DNA from: Halioglobus sp.
Lineage (GTDB): Bacteria > Pseudomonadota > Gammaproteobacteria > Pseudomonadales > Halieaceae
Reading direction: 5' to 3'
Assembly: GCA_965262875.1 (NCBI GenBank)
Contig: CBDHGD010000002.1
Coordinates: forward strand, 42,984 to 106,983
DNA: 64,000 nucleotides
The notes under the pieces are model-generated. The model did no database searches and was not told where the DNA came from. It saw only the letters and a list, made by a program, of their open reading frames with translations. This document shows, in pieces, positions 1 to 8,118 of this stretch. Each line of letters starts with the position of its first letter. The stretch's first letter is position 1. A program made the translations under genes and the position numbers.

Positions 1-83
1 GGTGTGCAGATCAAAGTCAATAGAAGTGTTCCCGATACGGGATCATTGAGCAGTGATCTATCCGTTCACAGACCGACAATAAA

Positions 84-138
84 TTATATTGTATTAAAGT
101 ATACATAACTACTTCTAGTATTATTGACAAGTAATTAT
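84..138. repeat. 55-bp perfect direct repeat, copy 1 (just 3' of the parG-like gene)
   Basis: TTATATTGTATTAAAGTATACATAACTACTTCTAGTATTATTGACAAGTAATTAT read at 84-138 and base-for-base again at 1100-1154. Confidence 0.9.
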
Positions 139-437
139 CGGATGGGACCAGTAGGAGCTATCTCCGGCTTATTGTAGGCGGCGAACAGCAAGTTTATAGC
201 TTCGGCTAACATGTGTTCCATGGTGCGGTCTTGCTCGGCGGCCAGCAATTTGAGTTGATAGCGTACGGGGGGCGGATAATGTCCAGTGATGGCCTTGGTC
301 CCTGCCCTACTTGGCTGTGCCATATTGACAGGCATTTCTATGCTTGGGTTGGTTTTATCAGTGGTGCTGACTGATTTGGTGCGGGTGCTTCCAGCGGCTT
401 CGCTCATTGCTTCGTGAATATTAGGACGCTTAGACAT
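135..437 (-). CDS. small ribbon-helix-helix partition adaptor (ParG-like centromere-binding protein)
   Basis: 100 aa directly downstream of parA in the same operon. The N-terminus looks disordered; the C-terminus reads KAITGHYPPPVRYQLKLLAAEQDRTMEHMLAEAINLLF, a beta-strand plus two helices typical of RHH partners of small ParA ATPases. Confidence 0.5.
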   Translation of the reverse strand: MSKRPNIHEAMSEAAGSTRTKSVSTTDKTNPSIEMPVNMAQPSRAGTKAITGHYPPPVRYQLKLLAAEQDRTMEHMLAEAINLLFAAYNKPEIAPTGPIR

Positions 438-449
438 AGGGGCTTCTTT

Positions 450-1082
450 CTAATTTGTAGATAACTCTAATTGTATACAAATATACTTGTATAGGCTATT
501 CACTTCAAGCGCGGCTTTCCCGCACGGATCAGTCTCCGATGTTCCAAGCCCTTGTGCATAAGCATCCTGAAATGCAATTCGGTCGCCAATGGTCACTGGA
601 CAAACTGGCATTCCCTGCTGCTCAAGCCACTGTGCTGTTTCGGTATGACGGCTTCCAAATGGTTTGACTCGAGTCAGTACCGCCGCGCGTCTCTTGTTTC
701 CTGCTAAATTGATCAGGTCGTTTGTTGCGCGGATTGTCTTCAGGTCAATCACCGAAGGCTGAAGTGGTACTAGGACGAGATCGGCAACACGCGCTGCCGC
801 AAGGGCGGCCTGTTCCGTGCGTCCAGCTGTATCAATCAACAAAAGGTTAACGTTCATATCACGGGCGCGCTGAACGACTGCTTCTATCCGGGCAGGCTGT
901 GCGTCAATTACGATAGGCACATCTTCTTGACGTATATCGCTCCATTCGCAAGCACTTACCTGCGGATCGAGGTCGATGATGGCAACGGTCAAACCATCTG
1001 CGATGGCTGTGGTGGCTAGTGAGATGGCCAGCGTGGTCTTGCCAGTGCCGCCCTTTTGACAAATGAGGGCAATAGTATGCAT
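450..1082 (-). CDS. parA: ParA-family partition ATPase (small, type Ib-like)
   Basis: Deviant Walker A QKGGTGKTT near the N-terminus, DLDPQ motif, 210 aa. Confidence 0.9.
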   Translation of the reverse strand: MHTIALICQKGGTGKTTLAISLATTAIADGLTVAIIDLDPQVSACEWSDIRQEDVPIVIDAQPARIEAVVQRARDMNVNLLLIDTAGRTEQAALAAARVADLVLVPLQPSVIDLKTIRATNDLINLAGNKRRAAVLTRVKPFGSRHTETAQWLEQQGMPVCPVTIGDRIAFQDAYAQGLGTSETDPCGKAALEVNSLYKYICIQLELSTN

Positions 1083-1099
1083 AGCTATAAGTATCCTTT

Positions 1100-1154
1100 T
1101 TATATTGTATTAAAGTATACATAACTACTTCTAGTATTATTGACAAGTAATTAT
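1100..1154. repeat. 55-bp perfect direct repeat, copy 2 (upstream of parA, in the divergent intergenic region)
   Basis: Identical to 84-138. Sits 18 bp upstream of the parA start, so it probably holds the par promoter/operator or centromere. Confidence 0.9.
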
Positions 1155-1224
1155 TGTGACAAGAGAAAAATAAAGCGGAAAAATAAAGCGGTAGCTTTTA
1201 TATTTATTAAGTGGTACTATCTAT

Positions 1225-1539
1225 GTGATTAAAAAGCACACATATCGTTGTGCGTTAGGAGCTGAACCCTTGTCTGCAATACCCATCACCAGCCCAAAAG
1301 AAAGGCTGACACTCACCATTCCGCGCTCTTTGAAAAAACGGGTGGAATCTGCTGTTCCCGATCGCCAACGCTCTGCTTTTGCATCTAAAGCCTTGGAGGA
1401 GGCCCTGAAAGTCCTGGCTCGCAAGGAAGCGCTGAAAATGCTGGATGAGCTTCCCATGACTCCAACAGGCGGCGAGGATTCCATGGAAGTTCAGTGCCGC
1501 TATCGGGTGGGCTTTGACAAGCCCAAGAAAAGTGCATGA
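1225..1539 (+). CDS. RHH/CopG-type antitoxin (VapB-like)
   Basis: ERLTLTIPRSLKKRVESAV beta-strand/helix motif. Its stop overlaps the start of the PIN gene (ATGA at 1536). The true start may lie internal to the track ORF. Confidence 0.55.
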   Translation: MIKKHTYRCALGAEPLSAIPITSPKERLTLTIPRSLKKRVESAVPDRQRSAFASKALEEALKVLARKEALKMLDELPMTPTGGEDSMEVQCRYRVGFDKPKKSA

Positions 1540-1970
1540 GTTTGTTCGTTGTTGATGCCAGCGTTTTCAACAAGCTGTTCCTTGATGAGTCAGACAGGCC
1601 GCAGGCAATGGCGTTCTTCAGGCATGTCCTAACAGAAGGTTTGCCATTTGGAGCGCCAGAATACCTGAAGCTCGAAGCTTGTCAGAGCGCATTGCACTAC
1701 GGTCACGATTTTTCGGTACCGTTTGATCTACTCGAAAAATACACAGAGGGCGGTTTCCAGTGGATCGATATCGGCAAGCCGCATTGGCTCAAGGCTCAGG
1801 AAATCAGCCGCGATGGCAACCCAAAAGCGGGATATCCGACACTGCTCGACAGCCTTTACCACGCGACCGCAATTATTGAAGGCGGGACGTTTCTGACTGC
1901 CGATGCGAAACATGCGAAGAAAGCGGCAAAACATGGCCACCTCACGCTACTGGTTGATTGGGTGCCGTGA
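1536..1970 (+). CDS. vapC: PIN-domain toxin (VapC-like)
   Basis: N-terminal FVVDASV, then acidic residues in LKLE, LLDSLY and TAD at PIN-typical spacing. Translationally coupled to the upstream RHH gene. Confidence 0.75.
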   Translation: MSLFVVDASVFNKLFLDESDRPQAMAFFRHVLTEGLPFGAPEYLKLEACQSALHYGHDFSVPFDLLEKYTEGGFQWIDIGKPHWLKAQEISRDGNPKAGYPTLLDSLYHATAIIEGGTFLTADAKHAKKAAKHGHLTLLVDWVP

Positions 1971-2255
1971 AAGAAAAAGCAGGGTGTTCTGTGTCGATTT
2001 AAGGCTGGCTTATCCATAATCATTCAAACACTGCCGCTTCAATTGGTTTTTGACTGCGCTCAAAATCTGGTAATTCAACGCCCTTTTAGTCATAGAACCC
2101 TAATTGCTTCAGAAATTTTTTCAACTGTCCGCGGGGCTTCATCCAGCAACTGCCGTGCCCCTCAAATTGTATACATTTCGATAGCTCTGGAAGTGGCCCC
2201 TCAAAACTACTATCATAAGTCTTGGATCAAAACCCTTAAGGAGATATGATAGCCC

Positions 2256-2807
2256 ATGCCGCGCATTGGATACGCCCGCGTCAGTTCCACCAGTCAGAGC
2301 CTGGAAGTGCAACTTGAAAAACTGACCCGGGTTCAGTGTGACCGGATATATCAGGAAAAACGCAGCGGCCGGACTGCTGACCGCTCTGAATTTAAAAACT
2401 GTATGAACTACATTCGGGAGGGAGACACCCTGATCATCACGCGACTGGATCGTCTTGCCAGATCAGTGGTTCACCTGGCGCAGTTGGCCAAGCGGTTCCA
2501 AAGCGAAGGGATTGATCTGATCGTGCTGGACCAGATGATTGACACCAGCACTTCCACGGGGCGGCTGATGTTCAATATGCTTGCCGCGATATCCGAGTTT
2601 GAAAATGATCTGCGCACCGAACGCCAGGCTGAAGGGATTGCCAAAGCCAAAGAAAACGGGGTGAAGTTTGGGCGGCCACCCAAACTGACCGAAGTCAAGA
2701 AGCAGGAAATATATGCGCGGCGAGAGGCGGGGGCCACGATCGGTCAACTGGCGAAGGAATTCAGACTTGGGGAGGCGACAATCTATCGGGCCCTGAATGC
2801 AGTTTAG
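2256..2807 (+). CDS. serine recombinase (resolvase/invertase family)
   Basis: MPRIGYARVSSTSQ catalytic-Ser motif, ITRLDRLARS, C-terminal HTH (GATIGQLAKEFRLGEATIYRAL), 183 aa. Confidence 0.9.
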   Translation: MPRIGYARVSSTSQSLEVQLEKLTRVQCDRIYQEKRSGRTADRSEFKNCMNYIREGDTLIITRLDRLARSVVHLAQLAKRFQSEGIDLIVLDQMIDTSTSTGRLMFNMLAAISEFENDLRTERQAEGIAKAKENGVKFGRPPKLTEVKKQEIYARREAGATIGQLAKEFRLGEATIYRALNAV

Positions 2808-2916
2808 AGTGCTGCGTCTTCCATTTGCCCGGAAACCCGCTGGTTGGCAGTTTCTCGGGCCCGTTGGGATGGCAGGGCATCACATGCCCGAGAAACCGAT
2901 CAAAAGCAACACGCTC
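2808..2916. repeat. MITE/REP-like block, long version, containing palindromic units
   Basis: Shares both flanks (AGTGCTGCGTCTTCCATTTGCC ... GAAACCGATCAAAAGCAACACGCTC) with 4885-4962. Contains GGCAGTTTCTCGGGCCCGTTGGGATGGCAGGGCATCACATGCCCGAGAA. Confidence 0.7.
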
Positions 2917-3020
2917 CAGGCCTTGTTGTCGGGATATTTTAAAAACCCTTGAGTATCCACTCATTGGTTCCAACCCCCCGTCTTCAGACGGGAGTGCTTT
3001 AGCACGAAAGAATCGGTTAT

Positions 3021-3086
3021 AGTCTTATCCTCCCTAAAAATGAGCCGCCGTAAGGAATAAGGCTCATTTTTAGGGAGGATAAGACT
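3021..3086 (+). promoter_or_regulatory. 26-bp perfect stem hairpin sequestering the tnpA ribosome-binding site
   Basis: AGTCTTATCCTCCCTAAAAATGAGCC (3021-3046) pairs with GGCTCATTTTTAGGGAGGATAAGACT (3061-3086). The right arm holds GGAGGA and ends 1 nt before the ATG, as is known for IS200 translational control. Confidence 0.7.
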
Positions 3087-3503
3087 ATGCAATATGACAC
3101 TGGGAAACACTGCGTTTTCTACCATCGCTATCACATCGTTTGGACAACAAAATATCGCTACAAGGTTCTGCGTGGGGCGGTTCAATTGCGGGTGCGTGAC
3201 ATCATCAAACAAGTTTGCAGCGAGAAAGGCGTCGATATAATCACAGGCGTCCTTTCCAGCGACCACGTTCATATGTTTGTGTCCGTTCCGCCAAAACTGG
3301 CGATCAGTGACTTGGTGCGACTTATGAAAGGACGCTCATCCCACAAAGTCCAACGCGAGTTTACACACCTGAAGAAACGCTACTGGGGCTGTCACTTTTG
3401 GGGGCGTGGGTATTTTTCAACCACCAACGGTGTGATCACAGAAGACTTCGTACTTCAGTACCTGGAAAATCACATCCCTCATCCTACCGACGCCAGTCGG
3501 TAG
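3087..3503 (+). CDS. tnpA: IS200/IS605 Y1 (HUH) transposase TnpA
   Basis: 138 aa with YHIVWTTKYR, the HUH motif SDHVHMFV, and GRGYF near the C-terminus. Confidence 0.9.
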   Translation: MQYDTGKHCVFYHRYHIVWTTKYRYKVLRGAVQLRVRDIIKQVCSEKGVDIITGVLSSDHVHMFVSVPPKLAISDLVRLMKGRSSHKVQREFTHLKKRYWGCHFWGRGYFSTTNGVITEDFVLQYLENHIPHPTDASR

Positions 3504-3533
3504 TGGTTGAGTGGTATTCATTAGAGTGCTATT

Positions 3534-4655
3534 TTGCACATTATGACAGGAAAGCCACCAATAACATTGGGTGATAACACACCTGCGGATCGCAGCATCT
3601 ATGACACGGATCCTGCCCCCGAGGCCGATTTGTGGTTTTTGCCGGGGCCCGACGATGAGGAAGAATACAATCCCGCCGCCGCGCCTTTGCCTCATGCCAG
3701 CCAGAGGCCCCTTGTTGATCTGGCAGGGTGGGTTGCAGCAGAGGCAACACTTGCAGGACCACTGGCACAGGTCAGCGCCCGGCTCGGGGCGCTGGACGAA
3801 CGCCTGCGCCGCACCCCGGATGGTTGGCGGCTGCGGCTGGCGCTGATGGAAACCGCGGCCCTGAGCTGGCTTGCCCCTGATCGGATTTCGGTTGAACGAC
3901 TGTCGCTCTGGCATGCGCTGCGGCTTAGCGGTGTGCAGGATGACCATCAAGCTCTGGCGCATGCGGGATGGGCCGTGCGGCGGCTGTCGGGGGGCGTTTT
4001 GCCACACGTGACCTCGGTTGGTGAGATTGCGCAGTTTCTAGGACGGCAGGATCCCGCAGGCGGTGTCCACAGCATGATCCCCGGACAATCGGATGAGAAG
4101 ATCAGTGACCAGATCGCCAATTGGTGTGACCTCATGGGGCAGGCGCAGGTTTTGCACCCGATCAGCCGCGCCGCTTTCGGGTTGCACCTCTGGGGTCCGG
4201 TCGGGCTCACAGAACGATCCGTGTGGGCTGCACTGGAGGCCGCCGTGCTGGCCGCCCGATCGGCGGTGGCGGGTCAGAGCGGCGGGGCCCTGTTTCTGCC
4301 ACTGGCGCTGAGCGGGATCGCAGGTTTGCGGTCAGGTGGGCTACCGCTAGATCGTCTGCAACGGTTTTACCACGGGGCTGGTTCTGCAACGCTGGCCGCA
4401 CTCCGGCATCTCGATCAGTTGGAAGCCTGGCAGGCGCGGGCCGAAATCACCCTGGCACAGCAATCAGGCCGGACACCAAAACGGCTGACCGGGCTGTTGT
4501 GCAGTTGGCCGATGGTCTCGGCGCCGATGGCCGAAGCTGAAACCGGTACCAGCCGCGCCGCCGTACAGCGCAATCTCAACAGCATGGCGGAAACCGGCCT
4601 GATCAGGGAAATCACCGGACAGGGCAGGTACAGGATCTGGACGGCAAAGATATAA
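3534..4655 (+). CDS. conserved plasmid/ICE protein with C-terminal winged-HTH (DUF1403-like by recollection)
   Basis: RLRLALMETAAL...LWHALRL pattern and a C-terminal TSRAAVQRNLNSMAETGLIREITGQGRYRIW HTH. The start (TTG 3534 or ATG 3543) lies about 22 bp from the IS200 right end. Confidence 0.4.
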   Translation: MHIMTGKPPITLGDNTPADRSIYDTDPAPEADLWFLPGPDDEEEYNPAAAPLPHASQRPLVDLAGWVAAEATLAGPLAQVSARLGALDERLRRTPDGWRLRLALMETAALSWLAPDRISVERLSLWHALRLSGVQDDHQALAHAGWAVRRLSGGVLPHVTSVGEIAQFLGRQDPAGGVHSMIPGQSDEKISDQIANWCDLMGQAQVLHPISRAAFGLHLWGPVGLTERSVWAALEAAVLAARSAVAGQSGGALFLPLALSGIAGLRSGGLPLDRLQRFYHGAGSATLAALRHLDQLEAWQARAEITLAQQSGRTPKRLTGLLCSWPMVSAPMAEAETGTSRAAVQRNLNSMAETGLIREITGQGRYRIWTAKI

Positions 4656-4727
4656 ACCCGCCGTAGCAAATCCGCGATACGTTCAAGGACATGATAAAGT
4701 ACAAAAGGCAGGTTGACCGGGTGGTTT

Positions 4728-4823
4728 TCACAACATGTGCAATTGCTGCGGCTCCCTAAAAGACCCCCGCCGCCGTTTGCGGCTCTTCAGCGCCGGCCTG
4801 GAATAAAGCGCGTTGCACCGGCA
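4728..4823 (-). pseudogene. remnant of a second WGR-domain gene (3' end only)
   Basis: The reverse frame reads ...PALKSRKRRRGSFREPQQLHML* against the intact gene's LALEDRKRRRGYFMEPQQLPML* (6084-6368). An upstream in-frame TAG closes it. Confidence 0.45.
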
Positions 4824-4884
4824 CTAGAGTGTATTGCGTTTTATTGAACTCATTCAATGAAATGCACAGCTTCATTGCATTTTA

Positions 4885-4962
4885 AGTGCTGCGTCTTCCA
4901 TTTGCCCCGGCCAACCAGCGGGGCATCACATGCCCGGGAAACCGATCAAAAGCAACACGCTC
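4885..4962. repeat. MITE/REP-like block, short version
   Basis: Same flanks as 2808-2916, a single GGGCATCACATGCCC hairpin, TA dinucleotides at both borders. Confidence 0.7.
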
Positions 4963-5246
4963 TACGCTTTGCGGGTTTTTTTATGCTTATCATTCAACCT
5001 TTGCCCGGCGGTATCCAGTGCTTTCATACTATCGGAGTACAGCAGGCTTTCAGAGATTTTATCCTGGGCGGTGATCTCGTATTTTGCATAGAGGTCCATG
5101 GTCGTAATCATGTCGTCCAGTTGTTTGGACATCTGTTTTATTTTTTTGTCGTAAGTATCCGTCATCCGAACGATTTTGCGCATTTTGGCTGATTTGACAA
5201 CTCCAAATGTTTTTGACATGGAAAATCTCTGCGATACTTGGCCCAT
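4962..5246 (-). CDS. hypothetical small coiled-coil protein (AT-rich)
   Basis: ORF only; no motif recognised. A likelier start is MRKIV at 5183. Confidence 0.25.
   Translation of the reverse strand: MGQVSQRFSMSKTFGVVKSAKMRKIVRMTDTYDKKIKQMSKQLDDMITTMDLYAKYEITAQDKISESLLYSDSMKALDTAGQRLNDKHKKTRKA
5196..5218. repeat. orphan 23-bp copy of the ISNCY-type element right terminus
   Basis: GACAACTCCAAATGTTTTTGACA matches 14179-14201/2 exactly; no transposase lies next to it. Confidence 0.5.
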
Positions 5247-5318
5247 CTGGCAATCGGTTTTGAGTGGGAAGATGATGACGGTGAGGTTGCACTTTGATTG
5301 CTGCCTTCCGGGAAATCT

Positions 5319-5657
5319 TCAGGCCAGACTGTCAATCCAGCGCGACATCATCTGGGCTGACAGAAAGCATTCGCGCGGGACGCTTGTGTGTTTGCGCATG
5401 GCGAGCCGTTCGGCAAAGGCAACCTGCCTGGAGGTGGCCGGCCGTTCGGACGGCTTTGGCGTCTTTGCGGGCAGGGCGGCGTGATCGGTGATCCATTGTG
5501 AGAGCAGGGCGCGTGATTGCAGCGTATCCCAGGGCAGTACATGCGATGTGCGCAGGGCGATTTGACGGGCGTAGCGCATTTGTTTTTCGGTGGGCGGCAG
5601 GGGATATCCGTTTACCGGTGCGGATTCCGGGGCAGTGTTGTGTGTTTGAGCAGACAT
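5319..5657 (-). CDS. small protein made of two tandem ~35-aa repeats
   Basis: PTEKQMRYARQIALRTSHVLPWDTLQSRALLSQWI and ATSRQVAFAERLAMRKHTSVPRECFLSAQMMSRWI. Start set at ATG 5657, which is preceded by GGAG. Confidence 0.5.
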   Translation of the reverse strand: MSAQTHNTAPESAPVNGYPLPPTEKQMRYARQIALRTSHVLPWDTLQSRALLSQWITDHAALPAKTPKPSERPATSRQVAFAERLAMRKHTSVPRECFLSAQMMSRWIDSLA

Positions 5658-6083
5658 ATGAGACTCCGGGGGCAGCTTACGGGGTGGTTTCATCCATATA
5701 TCTCTAGCAGAATGTCTCGTAAAACACAATATATATGTGTATATTCAGGATAACACACTGCATCTTGTGTTGTTCTTCGGTTTTGAGCGACTTCAAAAAA
5801 CTGAACCAAACGCTTCCTGTTAAAGTCGACATGGATGTGGCCGCTGATCCGCCCTGCGTGACAGGTGAATGCAAATAGTGGCGAACGGGACCATTGGACG
5901 GGCTTCAGCACCGCGATATGGATGTGCTGTGCGTTCATGATCGCGATCGCCTGTGCGCGGCTTCCGTAATTTCGTCTATATGAGAGTACCGCAAAGCGGG
6001 GGGGAAACCCTCATAGATGGCCGCTATTATAACCTTATGGGCGGCGTTGGTTTATCGGTGTCGCTCTGGCTGATTGGTGCGGC

Positions 6084-6368
6084 TCACAACATCGGCAATT
6101 GCTGCGGTTCCATGAAATACCCCCGCCGCCGCTTGCGGTCCTCCAGCGCCAGCAAGGCATCCCCGGCCCCGGCATGGCTCTGATATAAATCCAGCCGCAC
6201 CTGTCCGGATGCGCCAATGCGCCCCCATTCCCGCCGCAGGGTCCATTCGCCAAACAGATTGGGCAACACCGCCATTGCGTAAAACCGGGCCAGATTTTTC
6301 TGGTGGTCGCGTTTTTCCAGATAGCTTTGCATCCATTGCAAATGCGGTTGTGATGCTGTGGTTGTCAA
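6084..6368 (-). CDS. WGR-domain protein
   Basis: ARFYAMAVLPNLFGEWTLRREWGRIGASGQ ... RKRRRGY is the WGR signature. Confidence 0.75.
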   Translation of the reverse strand: MTTTASQPHLQWMQSYLEKRDHQKNLARFYAMAVLPNLFGEWTLRREWGRIGASGQVRLDLYQSHAGAGDALLALEDRKRRRGYFMEPQQLPML

Positions 6369-6480
6369 GAATGTTTACGACCTTGTTTCCAACCGTTTTA
6401 TGCCAACGGCAGCGTCGTCAGAGGAAGAGAATTCTGTGTGTCAGGGGGTTATTTTTTCAAACCATAGGAGGATGTATCAC

Positions 6481-6924
6481 ATGACAACCAACCCATTAAA
6501 AACCGAGGCCCAAACAGATGCAGTGCAGATCAACGCGCCAAGCGAGATCGACTGGACGGCAATTGATGCCAATTGGCAAAAGCGACGTGACGCGGAGGCA
6601 GCGGCGGGCCAGCTGGAGCGGGTGGCCCTGCTTGAGGCACTGCGGGGCAAGGGCATTGTCGTTGTTGAAGCCCGGTATGACGGCTATGCGGACAGTGGCA
6701 ATGTCGGGGAGATCGACTTGAGCCCGGAGGATGCAGATCTGGATGATCTCGCGGGGCGCTTGCAGGATTTCATCTGGAGCACGGCCTATGGGTTGCATCC
6801 CGGCTTCGAGATCGATGACGGCGCGGAAGGCACATTCAGTTGGGATATAACAGCGGACCGTATCGACATTGATCACGCCAACTTTTACACAGAACGCGAC
6901 GAACATTGCCACGAGGATATATAA
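6481..6924 (+). CDS. conserved hypothetical acidic protein
   Basis: ATG 6481 preceded by AGGAGG; no motif I can name reliably. The track's longer N-terminus (6358) lacks an RBS. Confidence 0.5.
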   Translation: MTTNPLKTEAQTDAVQINAPSEIDWTAIDANWQKRRDAEAAAGQLERVALLEALRGKGIVVVEARYDGYADSGNVGEIDLSPEDADLDDLAGRLQDFIWSTAYGLHPGFEIDDGAEGTFSWDITADRIDIDHANFYTERDEHCHEDI

Positions 6925-6925
6925 G

Positions 6926-7408
6926 ATGGCCCATCCTGATCATCACGCCGAAAGCTCGGCACGCAAGTTTGGTGGCCAGCCCTCGGACTATCACGCGGTC
7001 CATGACTGGTTCGACGCGTCCAAGGCGCATCTTGCCTCTCCGCTGCACCGGGCATTGCGCCATCACAGTGCCGGGATATTCGAAGCCGAGCGTATATTCG
7101 GGCGCGCGATTGTAAACCATGACGGGCGCTCTGTGCCGGTGCGCTTCATCGCCGAGCAGCATGTACGCGAGGATTGCCGGCGGATCCCGTCCGTGGCCGA
7201 TTGGTTGCGGCATATTCCGGTGGAGCCCTGGATGGTCAACGGGGTGATCCTGCCGGATACAGAACCGGTGGGTGCTGATCCGGACGCCGACTGGCGCGCA
7301 GCGGTGGCAGCGGGCCAGACCACATTGGGCTTGCGGGACTGGCTTTGCCAGACTGCCCTGCGTCTTAATGAGGCGATGGATCGGGAGGACAGGCTTCCAG
7401 CCGCCTGA
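6926..7408 (+). CDS. conserved hypothetical protein (small family seen on conjugative elements), full-length copy
   Basis: MAHPDHHAESSARKFGGQPSDYHAVHDWFDASK...; the start sits right after the upstream stop. Its 3' 380 bp is duplicated at 32753-33133. Confidence 0.55.
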   Translation: MAHPDHHAESSARKFGGQPSDYHAVHDWFDASKAHLASPLHRALRHHSAGIFEAERIFGRAIVNHDGRSVPVRFIAEQHVREDCRRIPSVADWLRHIPVEPWMVNGVILPDTEPVGADPDADWRAAVAAGQTTLGLRDWLCQTALRLNEAMDREDRLPAA

Positions 7409-7424
7409 CCAATCGAAAGAGCGG
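7028..7424. repeat. ~397-bp direct repeat, copy 1
   Basis: Matches 32753-33149 with 4 substitutions I could see, all synonymous in the encoded protein. Confidence 0.9.
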
Positions 7425-7428
7425 ACTT

Positions 7429-7462
7429 CCCTCTCGCAGGCATAGAAATAAGCCTTGCCGGG
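7429..7462. repeat. palindromic unit (degenerate)
   Basis: CCTCTCGCAGGCATAGAAATAAGCCTTGCCGG fits the CTCTCG-hairpin-TGCCGG pattern of the family. Confidence 0.5.
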
Positions 7463-7701
7463 GCAAGGGAGCCGCTTTTGTTCTCTTCAGCACTTCATGC
7501 TTATTAAGGCGCGCGGGCAGTTTTTTACCAGAAACGGCTGGAAATGCGGGGAAAACTGGGGCAATATCGGGCATGGCAGTGGGGTGCTTTCTGTCCAGTG
7601 TATCGGATGGCTGTTATACCATATTCTTTACACTATATCAGATGGTTACGCTACCACTGCCAGCTCAGAATCACCAATCCGATGAATAATTCGGGTTAGG
7701 C

Positions 7702-8118
7702 ATGGGTGCGGATATGCATACTGCCAGTATATTCCCATCAATGGATCGTTTGAACGAAGCGTTGACGGACACGCAAAACCGTAAGGTTTTAGCGGTGCAT
7801 CCCAGCGGCCAAAATGAGGTTTGCTTAACTATGACTGCAGCTATGTTGCGCGCATCACGTCATCTGCGTTTGTTGATCACAGGCGCCGAAAAACGTACCG
7901 CGTTGAATCGTGCTCTACGTACACAAAATGTGGCACTGGCACCGATCAAAGCGTTGATGACAACCCATAACCCCATTCAAGTTCACTTTCATATTAGGAT
8001 AAACCATGTCTATTCATCCAATACTTCAAAGCGTTACCAGCAAGATTCAAAAGCGATCAGAAGCATTGCGTACGGCCTATCTAGATCGGATGGATCAAGC
8101 ACGCAAGGACGGCCCTAA
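7702..8118 (+). pseudogene. pgl: 6-phosphogluconolactonase, 5'-truncated remnant
   Basis: Homology starts abruptly at FGLGMGADMHTASIFP (the GMGxDGHTAS motif that normally sits mid-protein), right after an in-frame TAA at 7687. The N-terminal half is absent. Confidence 0.6.

Larger units (their letters stand above)
2949..3512 (+). mobile_element. IS200/IS605-family element, copy A
   Basis: 564 bp identical to 37014-37567 in inverted orientation; boundaries set where identity stops. Has a left subterminal hairpin and a right-end hairpin (CTACCGAC-GCCA-GTCGGTAG). TTGAGT is present at both extremities. Confidence 0.85.

Noticed and set aside
1-106. An open frame running in from the left window edge (…GVQIKVNRSVPDTGSLSSDL…)
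   Set aside because: It is too short to judge. Its last part overlaps the 55-bp repeat, which also occurs in clearly non-coding context.
2168-2175. The TGTATACA palindrome upstream of the resolvase as the res crossover site
   Set aside because: It is a single short palindrome in AT-rich DNA. I could not find the expected set of two or three resolvase-binding subsites.
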